DNA of 64,000 nt, from assembly GCF_009914755.1 (NCBI RefSeq), contig NC_060936.1; one strand, given 5' to 3'. A program made the translations under genes and the position numbers. Position 1 is the stretch's first letter, and each line of letters begins with the position of its first letter. Source of the stretch: the human T2T-CHM13v2.0 reference genome, Homo sapiens. Under the pieces are notes generated by a model. It saw nothing but the letters and a program-made list of their open reading frames with translations. It did not search any database and was not told the DNA's origin. Of this stretch, positions 59,334 through 64,000 are shown in pieces.

Positions 59334-59699
59334 TGTATTAGTCTGTTTTCACACTGCTGATAAAGACATACCAAAGACTGGGCAATTTACAAAAGAAAGA
59401 GGTTTAATGGACTTATAGTTCCATGTGGCTGGGGAGGCCTCACAATCATGGTTGAAGGCAAGGAGGAGCAAGTCACATCTTACATGGATGGCGGCAGGCA
59501 AAGAGAGAGCTTGTGCAGGGAAACTCCCATTTGTAAAACCATCAGATCTCATAAGACTCATTCACTATCACAAGAACAGCATTGGAAAGACCTGGCCCCA
59601 TAATTCAATCACCTCTTACTGGGTCCCTTCCATAACACATGGAAATTATGGGAGCTACAAGATGAGATTTGGACAGGGACACAGAGAAAAACCATATCA
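59334..59699 (-). mobile_element. THE1 solo LTR
   Basis: tgtattagtctgttttcacactgctgataaagacatacc...aaaccatatca; near-TSD tctga/tctgg. Confidence 0.9.
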
Positions 59700-59814
59700 T
59701 CTGGATAGCCAATATTGACCAGATCCTTCAGTAGCCAACCAGTTTCCACCTGAGCTATTTCATGGGCAGAAGAGCTTTGCTTTTCCCAAAGTTATTGGTT
59801 ACTAACATAAGCAA

Positions 59815-60979
<1,165 letters not shown>

Positions 60980-62149
60980 CTATAAGCTGAGTGGCCATTA
61001 GCAAGTTACTTAGTGACTTTCATCCTCAGTTTGCTCAGCTGTAAAATGGGAGTGATGGCTCACTTCCAATGTCATTGGGAAGATATTCTCATAATACAAG
61101 CAAAACACTTCACCCACTGCTCAGCTCTTTGAAACTACTCAGTGCAGATATTGGTATTACTAGTAGCATTCCTAATTGCTACAACAAAGAATTGCTTATT
61201 TGTTCTTTATTATTGTGTTGAAACTGGATGAGAAACCTCTGCAGTGGGCCTCAGGAACGCACAGGCTTGTCTACAAGTGGGGAGTTTTCTTTGAGTATCT
61301 GCATTCAGCAAATTCTATCATATTCTCTTTGTTGCTGGGGAGAAAAATTGGACAAGATGTAATCCTGAGGGATTTGTCAGACAATGGTACCTGACCGGTG
61401 CAGATTGACAAGTTAAGCATGTGTCTGCTGGACCGATTTTCACTTCGCTGGCCGTCTGCAAAGGAAAATCGACGGTTCACTGATGTTTCCATATTAGCAA
61501 AGGGTCAAACTCAGCTGTCTCTTGAGAGGAGGAAAAAAAGCAACCTCAGTTCAGTGCTCCCTTGGCCTAAAATGTAAACTCTGAATCGTTTGATCAATCA
61601 AGAAAAGCTTTTCTATCCAAAACGACCGTTTTCTGCATTTCCCTTGTGGAGAAAATGCCTTCTCTTTTGGAAACTGCTAGAAATCTGCTTCTCTCATCAA
61701 TATCACTGGCAGATTTTTTTTTTCCTTTCTTTAGTTCTGAAAATGATTAATCTAACAACAGTTTCGGTGACTTTCTATGAGCGGACCATGTTCAATTGTG
61801 CTGATGGCCCATTAATACTGGCCTAATGTTGGCTGCACTCCCACCTGGGGGATCTACGAAGAAAGCTTTGTGATTTACCCAGAGAGAGCTCATCACGGAA
61901 TTAGTGCAATGGATAGATATGATCCTAGGATCTGAGGACGCCATTTAAATGGTCCAGCAGTGAAAAGAGGTCACCGAAAGCAGGGAAGCCAGACCATTAG
62001 CTTCAGCAGCAAACAAATAAAAAGTGCAGTCTGGCTCTTACACGTGGGCACGGTGGGTCTCTGCCCTGGCCCCACACTTCGGAGGACCCCGCTCCAGTGT
62101 TCCTCTGCCCTTGCATTATCATTTACCTGTGTTCCTCCCTGTGAAGGAG

Positions 62150-62562
62150 GCTATGATGAGCTGAATTATGTCTCCTTAAAAATGCATCTGTTGAAGCCCT
62201 AACCCCCAATATCTCAGAATGTGACTGCGTTTGGAGATAGGACCTTTTAAAGAGATGATTAAGTTAAAATGAGTCTATTAGGTTGGCCCTAATACAGTCT
62301 GACTGGTGTGGTGGTAAGAAGACATTTGGACACACAGAGGCACCAGCGATGCGTGTGCACGGAGGAAAGACCATGAGAGGCCTCGGTGAGAAAGAGAGAA
62401 GAAGGCTGACCCCAACCAAGAGAGGGGCCTCTGGAGAAACCAAACCTGCTGACACCTTCATCTTAGACTTTTAGCCCCCAGACTGTGATAAAATAAATTT
62501 CTGTTATTAAAGCCATGCAGTCTGTGGCATTTTGTTATGGCAACCCCAGCAGACTAATTCAC
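62150..62562 (+). mobile_element. MLT1A-like LTR
   Basis: ttgaagccctaacccccaatatctcagaatgtgactgcgtttggagatagg...tggcattttgttatggcaaccc. Confidence 0.78.
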
Positions 62563-62799
62563 AGGCCAACGGGAGGTGTCCACCAAGGCTTTGGTATCCA
62601 CTTCTAGACTATGCTCCACAGAGCTGGACCCGAGAATCCTCTGCACAATGGCCCCAGGACTATTTCCAGAGCAGTAAGGGCCTCTACCTTGAGGCTGACC
62701 TCCCAAGAGAGGACCATGAAGCCCATGTACCCAGCCTGGCCCAGAGAGGCACCCAGGGAGTAGCTGTTTGCAGGGAATCTAAGCAGAGCTGGCTTCTGA

Positions 62800-62932
62800 G
62801 GACAGGTGTTTGCATGCAGACAGGTGAGGCCTCCACAATTGCAGAAGAAAGATGCGGGAGGGAGGGGACAGGTGTTTGCATGCAGACAGGTGAGGCCTCT
62901 CCAATTGCAGGAGAAAGATGCGGGAGGCAGGG
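62800..62932. repeat. 66-bp tandem duplication
   Basis: gacaggtgtttgcatgcagacaggtgaggcct... at 62801 and 62867, ~4 mismatches. Confidence 0.9.
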
Positions 62933-63066
62933 AAGGTGAGCAACCCACCGCCGGGCATCAAGGCTGAGGCTGGCTTTCGCTGTTGTATGTACCATGTCCT
63001 GTGCAACTACAGGGAGTCAAAGGGTTTTCCACTGGAGCCTGGCTTTCTGGGTTGTTATGCAGGCAT

Positions 63067-63604
63067 AGTGTCAAAGTGAGGAAAGAGACCAGCAGGATTT
63101 GTTTTCCGGTGACAACCCCGTTGACCAAAACAGGATCTGGTGCCGTCAGGATAAAGTGAAAGAACCGGCAGAACCAGCAGATGGTGACAAAAGCCATCCC
63201 CAGCTGCCCTCATTGCTCATTGGCATAAGAGGCTCCCACCAGCATCGTGACAGTTTACAAACACCATGGGAACACATTGGAAGTTGTCACCCCTTTCCTT
63301 GGCAACAACCTGGAAATTACTGTCCCTTTCCTAGAAAGTTCTAACTCACCCACCCTTTAATTTGCTGTAGCCCTCCCCTTAATTTGCACATAATTAAAAG
63401 TAGGTATAAATGCAATTGCCAAGAGCCCGTACATTGTCAACTCTGGGTGCACTGCCTGAGTTAGTCCTGCCCCACAAGGAGCAGTACCATTCAGTAAAAC
63501 ATTCCTGTCTAACACCACCAGCTTGCCCTTGAATTCTTTCCTAGGCAAAGCCGAGAACCCTTCCAACCTAAGCCCCAACTTTGGGGCTCACCTGTCCTAC
63601 ATTG
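63067..63604 (+). mobile_element. ERV1 solo LTR (LTR26/MER41-related)
   Basis: cccaccagcatcgtgacagtttacaaa, TATAAA at ~63405, ttgaattctttcctaggcaaagccgagaaccct...ttggggctcacctg. Confidence 0.6.
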
Positions 63605-64000
63605 AAGGCAAGGATAGGGAACGCATTTTGTTTGTTCACCTGATTAGTAACCTTTAAGCATTTACATCTGTGGCAGGTGGACCTCCACTGATGCTCTCAC
63701 TTTGGGCCCCACAAATGTCTGGGGTGAGGCCAATGGTACCCAATCGAATGGGAGTTTGAGACTCCATTAGCCCTTGGGCGGCCCCGTTTTCATCTTCCTG
63801 ATACTGATGGTGAGCTGGGCCAAGAGACACTCTGGAACCTTCAGGCTGCCTCTTCTCCCACTTGAATAGAAAAGCCCAGTGCATCTGAGGAGTCACAAGT
63901 GATATTTGCCGAAGGGATATTTTAAAAAGCAAACCCGGGATGGCCTCTCCAGGAGCAAGACAGAGAAGGGGGATTTCAATCAGGGAAGTGGGTTGAACTC

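Overview
Primate (very likely human) genomic DNA containing the 3' end of TMEM132C on the + strand. Four coding exons have canonical AG/GT borders and an unbroken frame: 12625-12830, 14626-14899, 16020-16211 and the terminal exon 23883-25088. A ~1.6 kb 3'UTR ends near an ATTAAA/GU-rich poly(A) site at ~26.7 kb. The rest is intron and ~37 kb of repeat-dense intergenic DNA (Alu, L1, L2, MIR, MaLR/ERV1 LTRs, MER DNA transposons), with no other credible gene. Nearly all other ORFs in the track are repeat or low-complexity artefacts. I found no new protein-coding system. The most unusual structures are: (1) a MER41 LTR carrying a patchwork of templated insertions copied from DNA 1-2.5 kb downstream, plus a fold-back copy of itself; (2) an intronic L1 that captured an inverted copy of its own flank, creating an 83-bp inverted repeat in the pre-mRNA; (3) a 59-bp VNTR with a 1063-bp higher-order repeat just past the poly(A) site, apparently seeded on a MER5A terminus; (4) layouts that could give a stop-free 672-nt circRNA or an intronic-polyadenylated, TM-less TMEM132C. 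Exon numbers (6-9) and repeat subfamily names come from memory of the gene and consensus sequences, and repeat boundaries are approximate.
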